Source of the DNA: Microbotryum violaceum
Taxonomy: Eukaryota
Reading direction: 5' to 3'
Length of the DNA: 64,000 bases
Assembly: GCA_001244265.2 (NCBI GenBank)
Contig: CDLV01000007.1
Location: 2,170,001 to 2,234,000, forward strand
This document shows, one piece after another, positions 51,769-63,464 of this stretch; positions within the stretch are counted from its first letter, which is position 1; every line of letters starts with the position of its first letter. Below the pieces are notes generated by a model. That model was not told the DNA's origin. It was given only the letters and a program-made list of their open reading frames with translations, and made no database searches. Made by a program: the position numbers and the translations under genes.

Positions 51769-54700
51769 AGACCGTAAGCGTGCCTCTCTTTTCTCCAATC
51801 TCCGCTCCCATAACGCCGACGTCTTTCTCCTGAGCGAAACTGGCCGACCTTCCCCCAAAAGGGTGGCCCAGTGGACTCAGGAGTGCCAAGACTTAAAGCT
51901 CTCCGCTCTTTTCACTCCTTTCAACAACACTGCCATACTTTGGAAGAGCGACTCCGTGGTCATTACTTTTGATCCCGAGTCGCCTCCAAACACTCTTCGT
52001 GCCTCTTTCTCTTTCCCGGACCGAGTCACCGACGCCACCTTTTGTGTGGGTGATTCAAAAGTCCGGGTTGTATCAATATATGCGCCTTCCTCCGACAAGC
52101 CAGACAAAAAACGCTTCCTCTCACACCTCAGCACCGCCCTCCGACAAGTTGTACGTGACGAACCCTCGCCGCCTGCGCTCCTAGTCGGGGGGACTGGAAT
52201 TGTGTTGAGTCCCAGCCCCTCGATTCGGAGAACCAACACGGAACGAATTATGGGGGTCAGGAGATGCGCGACCTTGCCACGGCCAACAATCTTTTCGACG
52301 CCTATCGGCTCCATCATCCCAAAGGACGAGCCACGACGAATCGCTCAGCGCCCGGCACGTGCCGTCGCCTTGACCGCATCTATGTCTCGCCTGATTGGGT
52401 CGACCTCTTCCATGATCACAAAATTTGGGCTCCTGTCCTCAAATCGACGCACTCAATGGTTGTGGCACGGTTCCAAGTGCCGGGCGCAATCGACATCGGT
52501 CCGGGCAAATTCAAGCTGGGTTTGCACGTGATCGAGGGCGACGCGACCTGCGAGTACCTCACCTCCATTGTCCGCACCCTTTACAACAAAGCCCTCCTCC
52601 AGACGCCCAACGATCCACCAGCAGCTTGGACGTCCACCAAACACCGCCTGCTGCCCGAGCTGCAGGCTCTGGCCCGGACTTTCGCTCGGTTCCGTCGTGG
52701 CGGGTCGGAGCAAGAGAGGGCTGACCACTCGCGCTACGGCGCGGCCCTGCGGTCCCGCCTCGACCCATCTCTGGCGGGTCCCTCTTCCATCTTCATCCGC
52801 CTGCGCAAAGTGCGAGCATCCGACCTGATCCCTTCGCTCACGGTCAACGATGTTGTTCATTCCGACCCTGATTCGATGCTTGGAGCGGCCAGCGACTACT
52901 TCGAGCGGGTCTATGAGGACCGCCCCATCGATGACGCGGCCTTGAAGGCGATCATCGACGGCCTCGCTTCAACTCGCCTCTCCCCCGCGGACTCACTCAA
53001 GCTCGAGGAAGCGTACCCGTTGGAGGAGATGACAAAGGCTCGAGAGGCGTGTAAGTCGAACTCTTCGCCAGGGCCTGACGGCCTCCCGGTTGAGTTTTAT
53101 CGCGCTACGTGGCCGGCCACTGGCCCGATTCTTCGAGACGTCATCAACTCGATCCCCACCGAGGCCCGTCAGCCTGGACCTCTTCCCCGCAACACCGCCC
53201 ACATCCATCTCATCCACAAACGCGGCGAGAGGGATCAGCTTTCGAACAAACGCCCCATATCGCTCATCAATGCGGACGAGCGCATCATCTCGCAAGCCCA
53301 TAACCAGCGCCTCGCTCCCTTGCTCGAGTCCCTGATCGGCCCAACCCAACGTGGCTTTGTTCCGAACCGTTGGATCGGCACGAACATCGCTGAAGTCCAA
53401 TGTCTCATGGACCCTGGACTTCCGGGCTCTCTGGCATGCTAGCGGTGATGGACTTTGAAAAGGCTTACGATCGTCTTTCCCACCCGTACCTTGATGCAGT
53501 CCTCTGCGCCGTTGGCCTCGGCCCCAAAGCCCGCCAATGGTACCGAGCGACCTACACCAACCAATCTGCCTCGATCTTCCTCAACGGTTGGCTCTCTGCC
53601 ACTTTCGACATCCTGTCGGGCGTTCGGCAAGGTGATCCTTTGGCTCCGTCTCTCTTCGTCCTGGCGATCGAAGGTTTTGCCTGTCAGATTCGATTGAGAG
53701 TCAAGGGCATCGATATTGCGGGCCTCCAAAACGTTCGCGAACTCCTTTTTGCCGACGACGCTTGCTGCGCACTCCACAACCTCTCGGACCTCGACCACCT
53801 CAATCGGGCGATCGAGCTTTACGAACGGGCAAGTGCCAGCAAGCTCAGCAACGTCAAATCTTTCCTCTACCCCCTTGGAGCTTTTCGGGATCGGTCGATC
53901 GCCCCAGATCTCGGGACCTGGCGTCTCAGCGATTCGCAGTTTCGCTACCTTGGTATTCAGGTCGGGGTGGAGATCGCCGAGGATGCGGGCTGGGAAGATG
54001 TCAAGGCCTCGACCATCGCTCGGATACGCTCGATTCCGATGTACGATCTCCCATATGCAGCCAAGTGTTCGATCATCAACATCTACTGCTACACAACGAT
54101 CTTGTACTACAGCCGATTCCTTCCCACCCCAAGAGCGTTGTCAAGGAGATCGAGGAGGCCGCCATGCTCGCCATTCACAGTCGAGCTTCGGATGGTGCTC
54201 AGCGACGTCCGAAGGTCTCCCGGTCACGCATCTGCACCCCTCTTGATCACGGCGGCTTCGGTTTGATTGATCTGCCTCGGCGTCTAGCAATCGATCACGC
54301 GAAGTGGGTCTTCCAGCTCCGGGCCCCGGACGGCTGCTTCACACGCCACCTCTTCGACATCCGCATCCGCCTCCAGGCACCAAACGAACCAACCCCTTTC
54401 ACCTTGTCCAGACCGGCCCCCAACCAGTATCGTTGCCCTTGGATTTGGATCTGGTGGGCTTACTTTTGCCATCCTCCCCCAAAGTGGGACCATGCGGTGA
54501 GAAAAACGACAAAACTTCTTCCTGCTCGTTGGGTCCGATACTTCGAAGCCTGGGCGTTGGTGACCACGCTCAATCCCCCGGAACTCTCCAAGAGCCAGAA
54601 CCTCGAGCAATGGGCGACGCACGTACTCTACTTCCCAGCGGGCCACGGAATACAACTCGGTAAACCCGACGCTTTTTCGAGGGCCCGATGGCGAGGTGAT

Positions 54701-55265
54701 GACCCCGTCTTCGTTTGTGAACGCGTCCAAACGCCACCAAGTCTTCATCTTCCCCCTTATCTTCCCCAAGGGACACCAGAAGGTATTCGATCTGCCTGAG
54801 CAACGCTGGAACGCTTGGTGGAAGGCTTTGCGCAAGGTTCGCCGGGTTCACTCGGACGCCGAGGATACCGGCCACCTTCTCTCCCTGGGGTCCCTCCATC
54901 CGGGAAGCCAAGTCGCCTCCCCAACCAGCCCACATCCCAACAATCGATCTACCTCCTGTGTGATGTGCCTCTCGGAAGCACCCGAGTGCCTGGTTCACCT
55001 CGCGGTCGGCTGCCCATTTGCCCGGCGCCTCTGGTCTGCTCTGTTCCCGACCCCCCACCCAGTCTTTGTGGACTTTGTATGCCCGGTCGTGTCTCGCTCG
55101 GAACGTCGACTTGTCGAACTACGAGTCTTCTTATTTCACTCGATCTGGAAGCTCTGTCGCCGTCGTCGATTCTCGTCGGATCTTTTGGGTCCGATCACCG
55201 AAACGGAGTTCGAGGGGCTTCGAGCCTCTATCCAGGAGTCCAAGGGTCGCCTAGTGTCTCTGTAA
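51710..55265 (+). CDS. LINE ORF2 (apurinic endonuclease + reverse transcriptase + C-terminal zinc finger), four single-base frameshifts
   Basis: APE: ANVQ, LLSET, SIYAP, GG[D]WN, RLDRIYVS, STHS. RT: SSPGPDG, RPISLIN, QRGF, DFEKAYDR, GVRQGDPLAP, LFADD, YLG. Finger: CVMC..HLAVGC. Shifts at ~52190, ~53430, ~54130 and ~54675. Confidence 0.92.
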
Positions 55266-55441
55266 GACACCAAAGGGGGTTTTAGTGGGTATGGTTGATC
55301 CTGGTTCAGGGTCAATGAGTCCTACACTACTGGCTTCTGCCAGTGTGCGTAACAGCATTCCCTCCGACTTTTCCGAAGATTTCTAGGTATTAATATAATT
55401 ATGCTGTTAATGAAGTCTATCAAATAAAATAAAAAAAAGGA

Positions 55442-55715
55442 CGGATGAAATCCAAATCGCATGAGAATCGAAGAACAGTCTACATAATTTCAGCAGAGGT
55501 AAACAAACACGAACAAAAAACGCAAATATTTTCCGTTCATCGCCGAAACAGCCTGCCCATTGAAACATTCGTGCAATGAGATCTGGACGGTGGCATGCTT
55601 TAAGTGGTCGTTCGGCCACAGTGCAGTTTTGATTTCCGGCCGTTCGCGAATGGAGTCGCGCGTCACCGTGATGAACAGCACGGAGGCTTTCCAGATTTGA
55701 CAACGCACGCCAGCG
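55442..55715. mobile_element. Dispersed repeat copy B, right part
   Basis: GATGAAATCCAAATCGCATGAGAAT ~ GATGAAATTTAAATAGCAGGATAAT (copy A), plus shared blocks CGTTCATCGCCGAAACAGCCTGC, TCGTGCAATGAGATC, GGAGTCGCGCGTCA, CGGAGGCTTTCCA and TTGACAACGCA. Confidence 0.8.
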
Positions 55716-55746
55716 TAACGTCCGTGCAAGTAGTACGCAAAGAACT

Positions 55747-55981
55747 TGTGAGCCTGAGACCGCTGCAGTGGCCCGGGCGCGCCGCATCACGTGCAGACGT
55801 GCAGACATGCAGACGCTAGCCTCGCCCCGCGCGTCAGGCCGCGTCAGGCGTACGTCAGGCGTCAGGCGTTAGGCGTCAGGCGGTCAGGCCGTGCGCGCGG
55901 CTGGTCCAAAAGGAGGTAAGGTGAGACCAAGAAAAGGAGACATAATGCGAGAAGGAAACACAGGAGGTTGTCGATCTCACA
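55747..55981 (-). mobile_element. 3' LTR (235 bp) of Ty1/copia element
   Basis: TGTGAG...CTCACA terminal inverted repeats. Preceded on the minus strand by a G12 polypurine tract (55993-55982), 11 nt after the pol stop codon. Confidence 0.85.
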
Positions 55982-56004
55982 CCCCCCCCCCCCGACTTCG
56001 AGTA

Positions 56005-57440
56005 TCAGGGAGAGCAGACGCCAAGTCGACCGCGATGCCGAGCAAACAGATCGCGAGACAAAGCCTTGGTGAAGATATCGGCCGTCATCTCGCCGGTGGC
56101 GATGTACTGGACACTGATGTCGCCCAGGGAGACCATATCCCGGACGAAGTGTTCGCGGAGACGAATGTGCCGAGTGCGAGCGTGGAAAACCGGATTCTTG
56201 GTGAGAGCGTTAGCGCCTTGGTTGTCGCCATATATGAGGACAGGTCGGGAGGAAGGAAGGCCAAGCTCACTGAAGAGCTGACGCAGGAAGATAGCCTCCT
56301 TGCCAGCATGTGACAAGGCAAGGTACTCGGCGTCGCAAGTAGAGTCGGCAACCCGGGACTGGAGGCGAGATGACCACGAGACGGCCGCGCCTGCGAAGAC
56401 AAAGGTGTAACCCATGGTCGACTTGGAAGATAGGACGCAAGCACCCCAGTTACAGTCGGAGTAGCCAACCAAGGGCGCTGGATCCCCGCGAGCGTAGCGG
56501 AGGCCGTGAGACAGAGTGCCAGCGAGGTAGCGAAAAGCTGCTTGACAGCGCCCCAGGCAGCGGCAGATGGTGACTGAGAGAACCGAGCCAAGTAACCGAC
56601 GGTGTAGGCCAGGTCGGGGCGAGTACCGGTCGATGCGTACATGAGGGAGCCAATTGCCTGCAGGTACCGAGTGCGATCCGGGAATGGGGCGGGCTGAAGC
56701 TCGACTTCGAGGCGGAGATCGGCCTGCATGGGCGTGGCGACAGGGTGGGCATCGGACATACCAAAGCGAGCGAGGACGTCCTTGAGGTACTGCTCCTGAC
56801 TGAGGGGGATGGCGCCATCTGCAGAACGCCGAATCTGGATACCAAGGACGTACTCTGCCTCACCAAGGCGTTTGACACCATAGCGCTGCTCGAGGCCCTG
56901 GAGGGTGCGCTCGATCTCTGGGAGGGAAGGGCTGATCATGAGCAAGTCATCGACGTAGAGCGCGATATAGTGGTACTCATCACCGGCAGTTCGGACATAA
57001 ACACAGTGGTCAGACTCCGTGGCGACGTAGCCAAGAGCCGACAAAGCGGAGTCGATCTCGTCGTTCCAGATACGTCCAGCCTGGCGCAAGCCGTAGAGGG
57101 ACCGGTGCAGCTGGAGGACCTTGCCGGGCATGTAGATTCGTTCGGGCACGCGAATGTACAGAGGTGTGTCCAGTTTACCGTGGAGATAGGCCTTGTCGAT
57201 GTCAGCCTGGTGGACGTGGTACCCATGAGCGGCTGCAAGGGCCAGGAGTGCGCGAATGGATGTGAACTTGGCGACGGGTGCAAAGGTCTCGTCGAAATCG
57301 ATGCCTGAACGCGGAGAGTCACCGCGAGCAACCAGTCGGCCTTTGTAAGACTTGATTCGGCCGTGTTGGTCGCGTTACGTGCGGAAGACAAAGCGTGAAC
57401 CGAGAACCTTAGAATCCACGGGCACGAGGGAGGCGGAGCT
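56005..57440 (-). mobile_element. Ty1/copia pol remnant (RT + RNase H), 5'-truncated and dead
   Basis: [85 protein letters not shown]. In-frame TAA near 57376 and frameshift near 56540. No gag, integrase or 5' LTR. Confidence 0.93.
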
Positions 57441-58053
57441 GCTGTAGAAGCAATGTCATGCAAAGCCACGCGCTTGCCGTCCATTAAATACAATATAAGT
57501 GTAAACACTGTTTGACATCAAGGAAAGAGTGAAGGAAAATACAGGGAACGCTGTAGCTTCGTTCGACCGGCACGAAAAATACAAAAATCGCCACAGAGCT
57601 TGTACACGACTTCTGATCGGAACATGGACACCACAGGCAGGTGCGGCAGACACAACAGTATGCTGGTTCATCCACCACAGGCGGCCCTCCGGGCCGCAAC
57701 CTAGGTAAAAACAGTGATTTTAGGTACATTCCTTAACTCACTTATTTTTTTTGACTTAGTCAGGGTAAAGCGGGCGGCAAGGGGCGGCATCTGGCGGCAT
57801 GGCGGCAGCCGCCGAGTCGCGTCCTGTTCAGTCGTCCGATCCAGATCGCGGCGATCCCCACGACATTAAAGCCCACTGGCAGCGTGTGGCCTGATCGACT
57901 CGTGCTACCCATCTCATTCTACGGCACCGGCTGGGGCACTACACACTCCTTGAGCTCTCACTACGAAGGGAGTTCCGACTGCCCTGCGCTTCCCAGGCCT
58001 CGGACCCTAATAGTGGAATAGTGGAATAGTGTAACAGTGGCAGGCAGCGCACG

Positions 58054-60947
58054 ATGGCGCCCGTGTCATCGACCTCGCCCGTGACGGGGAGCGTGGTGCC
58101 ACCGTTTTACATCCACTCGTCGTCGCGTCACTTCCGCACCGTCGACGGACGCACCATTCTTTTACGTGGTATCAACCTCGCCGCATCAGCCAAGACGCCC
58201 GTCGGCCAACCGGGGGCCCAACTCGATGGCTTCTGGGAACACGCCAAGGACGGCGAGATGAGCTTCGTCGGGAGGGTGCTCGATCTCCACAACGGCGTCG
58301 CCGATCGTCACCTCGAGCGACTGCGCAGTTGGGGGTTCAACTGTCTACGGTACATTGTCAACTGGGAATCGATAGAGCACAAGGGACCGTAAGTGATCGT
58401 AGCGTGGCATGTGGCATGTGGCATGGTGTTTTGAGTACTCTCTAGGCTCCAAACTAACACCCCCACACTCGACTTTGCATCGCCAGCGGCCAGTACGATC
58501 AAGAGTATATCGACTACACCATAGCTCTGTTGCGCAAGTGCAAACAATGCGGCTTCTTGGTCTATATGGACCCTCATCAGGATGTGGTGAGTCCCACCAG
58601 ATCACGGTGGATCGATCACGGTGACCAAATTTGACCATGCCCTCTCCAAATCCTCCAGTGGTCACGATTCTCTGGGGGTTCCGGAGCCCCCTACTGGACT
58701 CTCATTGCATGCGGACTCAACCCAGAGAATTTCACCGTCACCAACGCCGCCGCGATCGAATGTGAATGGCCCCACCCGGACCACCCCGATCCGACCACGT
58801 TTCCGGCCATGATCTGGGCCTCCAACTATTCACGACTCGCGACGCAGACCTTGTTCACGCTCTGGGGAGCCGGCCGGGACTATGCGCCCAAGTGCATCAT
58901 CAATGGCATCAACATCCAGGACTTTCTGCACGAGCACTACTTCAACGCGATAAGGCAGCTCGGGAACGCGATTGCCGATGCCGGCGACCTGCTCGACGAA
59001 TGTGTCATCGGGTGGGATTCGCTCAACGAGCCGAATGGGGGCTATCTCGGCATCGACGATATCACCCAACATGGCAAAGAGAGCATCCTCAAGGTCCGTA
59101 CGATGCCGACCGCCTTTGAAGGGATGCGATTGGCGATGGGGGAGGCCGTCGAGGTCGAGAACTGGCGATTCAGCTCGTTGGGGCCCAAGCGGGACGGTTC
59201 GGTGCTCATCGACCCAAAGGGGGCCCGTGCTTGGCTGGACCCGGACGAAGAGAACGACGGCTCACCATATGGATGGGTTCGAGGACCAGACTGGCAGCTG
59301 GGGACATGTATTTGGGGCCTGCATGGCGTCTGGGATGTCGAGACGCGCGAGGTGTTGCAGGCCGACTACTTTAAGTGGTACCGAGGGCCGCAACCGGCTG
59401 AGGAAGCGAGACGAGAGGTGTTCTACGGCAGCGACTACTGGCTCGTCCATTGGCGGCAATATGCACCCATCGTCCGCGAGTTTCACCCCGAGGCGATCCA
59501 CTTCATTCACACCCCCGTGTTCCAGATCCCGCCCAAGATCGAAGGGCCCGAGATCCAGAACCGCGCCGCCTACTCAACGCACTTCTACGACGGTCTGACG
59601 CTGGTGACTAAGCACTGGAACTGGTTCAATGCCGACGCACTGGGAATCCTGCGCGGCAAGTACGCCTCGGTCGTGCTCGGCGTCAAAGTCGGCGAGACGG
59701 CCATTCGAAAATGCATGCGCGAACAGTTGGCGATGTTGAGGCAGGACACGTTCGATGCTCTTGGCCAATATCCGACGATGATGGGCGAGATTGGCGTCCC
59801 GTTCAACCTGGACAAGAAGAAGGCTTACCAAGATGGCGACTACACGGCCCAGGTGCGAGCCCTCGACGCGAGTCTCAACGCGTGCGATGGAGCTAATGCG
59901 CTCAACTACACCGTTTGGACCTACTGCCCGGATAATTCTCACCAATGGAGTGATCGATGGAACGGCGAAGATCTTAGCATTTGGTCCCCAGACGATGCGG
60001 AGCGGATGGATGATTTCCGAGGCTCGAATGTGCGCCTCGATCTCATGGGTCGCATCCCCGTAACCCGAGCTCGAGCAGCTTCGAAAGCGAGCTCGTTGGA
60101 TTTATCACGAAATAGCTCATCGGGTCAGCTTTCTGCGATGGGGGAGACGATCGCCGCACATCCTTCGCATGCGATCGGCGCTGCCTCTCTTGCGCTCGTC
60201 GTGCCGATGCACGGCAATGGTGCTAGGCTCACTTCGTCGAGCTCGGCGAACTCATCACAGCGCGAATTTTCCAAATCACAAGACGAGCGTTCGCCGTCCA
60301 GCACTTCCTCCGCCTCGTTGCTGCCTCCTCTCGCCTCGCAACCGGCGTGCTACCCCTTCGAATCCGAGAAGATCATCTCTCTCAACGACGGTGCTCGAGC
60401 AATCGCAGCTTTCTGTCGACCTTACCCGATCTTAACCGTCGGTACACCAACCAACATCAACTTTGACATCCGCTCATCCAAGTTCTCCTTCGAAGTCGAG
60501 CTTGACTCGGACGACTTTACTTCGGACCAAGGCGAGCTCGCAACAGAGGTCTTTGTTCCTTTGATCCACTACGCCGCGTACCCTTCCCGCGTCAGTCAAC
60601 TCATCAAGAATGACGATAACGCTTTGGCGAAGCTCACTGCTCCGACCGCTGCGAACTATGCGGTCTACCACTCGAAACGAACGCCCCCTGCCCCTACCAA
60701 GGACGAGGATGCGTCGGACGAGTTGGACGCGAGAGGCGCTCAACTCGCTTCAAGTTTGACTGAGCTTGAGGATCCGTTCAAATTGGCGCTCAAAGTCAAG
60801 ATTTCGGCGGGGAGGTGGGAGACTGAAGGGCAACGGTTAAAGTGGTATTACTCTCGACCAACTCAGGGGAAGGTCATGCTCAAAATTGAGATTGAAAGGG
60901 AAAAGGGGGCGATTCCGAAATGGTCTGTGAAACGTCCTTACGTTTGA
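58054..60947 (+). CDS. Glycoside hydrolase family 5 EGCrP-type (sterylglucosidase/glucosylceramidase; Egh1/Sgl1-like), 3 exons
   Basis: GRTILLRGINL, WESIEHKGP|GQYD, YMDPHQDV|WSRFSGGSGAP, IGWDSLNEP (acid/base), THFYD, MGEIG (nucleophile), WNGEDLSIWS, FCRPYP. Confidence 0.92.
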
Positions 60948-61516
60948 AGAGGAACCCCATACTGAATGCTTATCCGTTTTTCCTCTATCCGTCAGGGTCA
61001 ATCAATGGGAACGTACGCCAAGGCTTCGAAGGTTCTATGATCGCTGCGTTACTTACCCAACCTGCCTCCCTTGTACCCACGCAGGACGGCGCATCAATGC
61101 CCAACATGCGCCAACGTTTGGAAGAACTGCGAGCGCTCAAACCTTCGGACGCGTGCTGCGTTCAGTAGCATGGTCGGCCATATGTATGGGTCTCGTGTGG
61201 ACCTTGTATCGTCGCTTTATTTACTTTCCATGATTGGGCTCTTCTTTTCTTCTCCTGTTGTGACAACGAGCGCTCTCCTCAGTCCGGGCTTCTCATACCC
61301 ACTGCAATAAAGATGTTTTTGATGTTCCATTTACACCAAATCTAAATATTCCAATTTAATGTAACAGACAAAGAGAAGAAGAATCCAAGAAGGGTTGGCA
61401 AGAAGTCGGCAATGAGAAAACAAGTGAAACCCCACCCTTACACGGCTTGGATCGCGACTCGTCTCCAGATCCGGATTGAGGGTTGACGAGAAATATGGCG
61501 ACCTCGAGAATAATAT

Positions 61517-63464
61517 TTAAGCACTCGGTGCTCTGTCAAGGCGAGCAAGTATCGACGGATCGGGTTCTTCCTCCGGTTGGTCCGACTCCGCATCCATCTT
61601 GTCGGTACTCGTCGCGCACGTACTAGGTCCGGAGCTCGTTCGACTGCGCGAACTTGAATTTGCGACGCTTTCGAAATGACTTGATCTAGGAGAGGTCGAC
61701 GAGGTCACACTTTGAGGGTAACTCTGAGTGCGTTCCCGTTCAGCTGAGGTTTCGATCGTCGGAGGATTCGAGCGGCTCGATGCGGAGGCTTGGTGTTTCG
61801 CCCATTGCGGTAGCGAGGAAGGTGAGACACGGTATTGCCAGGGGTCAGAACCTTGTCGCTGCAGGCCGTACGATCGAGCATTCGAAGATTCGGAAGACGA
61901 GTTTGAGGGACCCAAGTAGGCTCTGGAAGATGAAGGAGGTGCATCCATTTGTAATCGAGGTAAAGTGACCCCCGCCGACTCGGCCCCTGGGTGATGGTTG
62001 CGCAAGGCGGCCAGAGACAGATGAGCGGCTTTTTCGAGACTGGACGAAACGGGGGAGTGTTCGCGCTCGTCCGGTTCTGCGCCTTCTTTCCGTGGTGTAG
62101 ACAAATTGGAGGCTTCTTGGTGTCGTGAGATGGTGTCGGGACCTGCGGTTCGATCCCCACGATAATTCATGCGCGGGACCCGGGGCGAGACAAAGCCCGA
62201 AGCGGCAGGCCGCTCGTACTGAGCCAGGTTGGGTTTAGTGTCCGGCTCGGAACGATAGTATACCCGGTTCTGTGGCGAACCTTGCGAATGTGATAGTTGC
62301 CGAGGGGACGTTGTTGCAGGCGGCACCGAAGGTTGCCGACTTGAGTGGCGGGGCGGTGAAATTGACCGACGCCGAGCGGACACCCCTGTCCGCGGATACG
62401 CCGGGCCCGAAGGCTGATAAGAGCGCATGGATTGTGGAGATGTCGGTCGCGAAGGGAAGTTGCGAGCACCTGGTGATTGCTGAACGAACCCACGCTCCCG
62501 ATTGTATCCTTCGCGCCAATCGGCCCACGTACGCTCTCGCCGTATCGCATTGACCACCTCCTCTTCGAGTTGCTGGATCCGCAGTGTGAGTTGAGCGTTG
62601 AGCTTGCTCAGACGGGTTACTTCGGCTTCACAAGCGGCGAGGTCGGCTTCTTCGGAAGTTCGGCTGGTGCGGAGAAAATAAGCGGAATCGAGGTTTCCAT
62701 TGTCAGCACAAGGTCTCAGTTGCGAGGTGCGGCAATCGGAAATGTATGCGCGCTAAGGAAGACGCCGAACAGGGGTGTGGGTCGTGGGTCCGTGGGGTTC
62801 GCAAGCCTAGGGCGCACGAGAGCAAACTCCGGCTCGAAACTAGCGTTGGCTCGATTTGGGGGCGCCGCAGGCCGAACTGAGCGCCGTCCTAGCAGGGGAT
62901 TAGGTCACCTGAATGGGGTACGACTAGGCGACCCATACCGAAGGTTCACCACAGGTGTCGACCCGAGCTGACCAGCGTGGAGCGTACAAGTTTCCTTTGA
63001 GCGACGTCAAAATGCGAGTTGATATGTCGATCCAGGTGGGACAGCAGCCGAACTTCCAAGGCGGGTGTGGGGCGAGGCGGACCTTGCGATGGTGCGCGGG
63101 AGGTGTCTCAATGACTCGTGAGACTCACCTTGGCCCTGTGCCGGGTGCCCAGGTACAGACGACGCCTCGAGCGGTGCACATGCTGCACTGAGGTGTACGC
63201 GAGCACTTAGCCTTGCGCTTGCGACACTGTGCCAAGGTAGAAGGTAGGGCAGGTGGGGGTTTTGGTCAGCTTCGTCCGCGGTGCGATCGTGCGCCAAGGC
63301 GTGGAGGTTTCGGGCAAACGGACTCCTCGCAACGCGCGTTTGTCGTAGGCGACCGCACGCGCCGGCCACGACGAGCGGAGGGGGGACGTGTACAAGCGTC
63401 GACTCACCGATTCGCAGCTGACATGCCGGCCTTCGCTTGATGGAACGGGTGACTGTCGTGTCAT
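61517..63464 (-). CDS. Zn(II)2Cys6 transcription factor (433 aa), 3 exons
   Basis: Exons 63464-63408, 63226-63129 and 62663-61517 splice in frame to C-ES-C-RKRKAK-C-SRTPQ-C-SM-C-TARGVV-C plus a coiled coil (EAEVTRLSKLNAQLTLRIQQLEEE). Not visible in the ORF track. Confidence 0.88.

Larger units (their letters stand above)
50282..55433 (+). mobile_element. Non-LTR retrotransposon (L1 clade, Tx1-like), near full length
   Basis: ORF1 with zinc knuckles, ORF2 APE-RT-Cys-rich domain, short 3' UTR ending AAATAAAATAAAAAAAA. Candidate TSD AAAAAGGA at 50274-50281 and 55434-55441. Confidence 0.95.
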
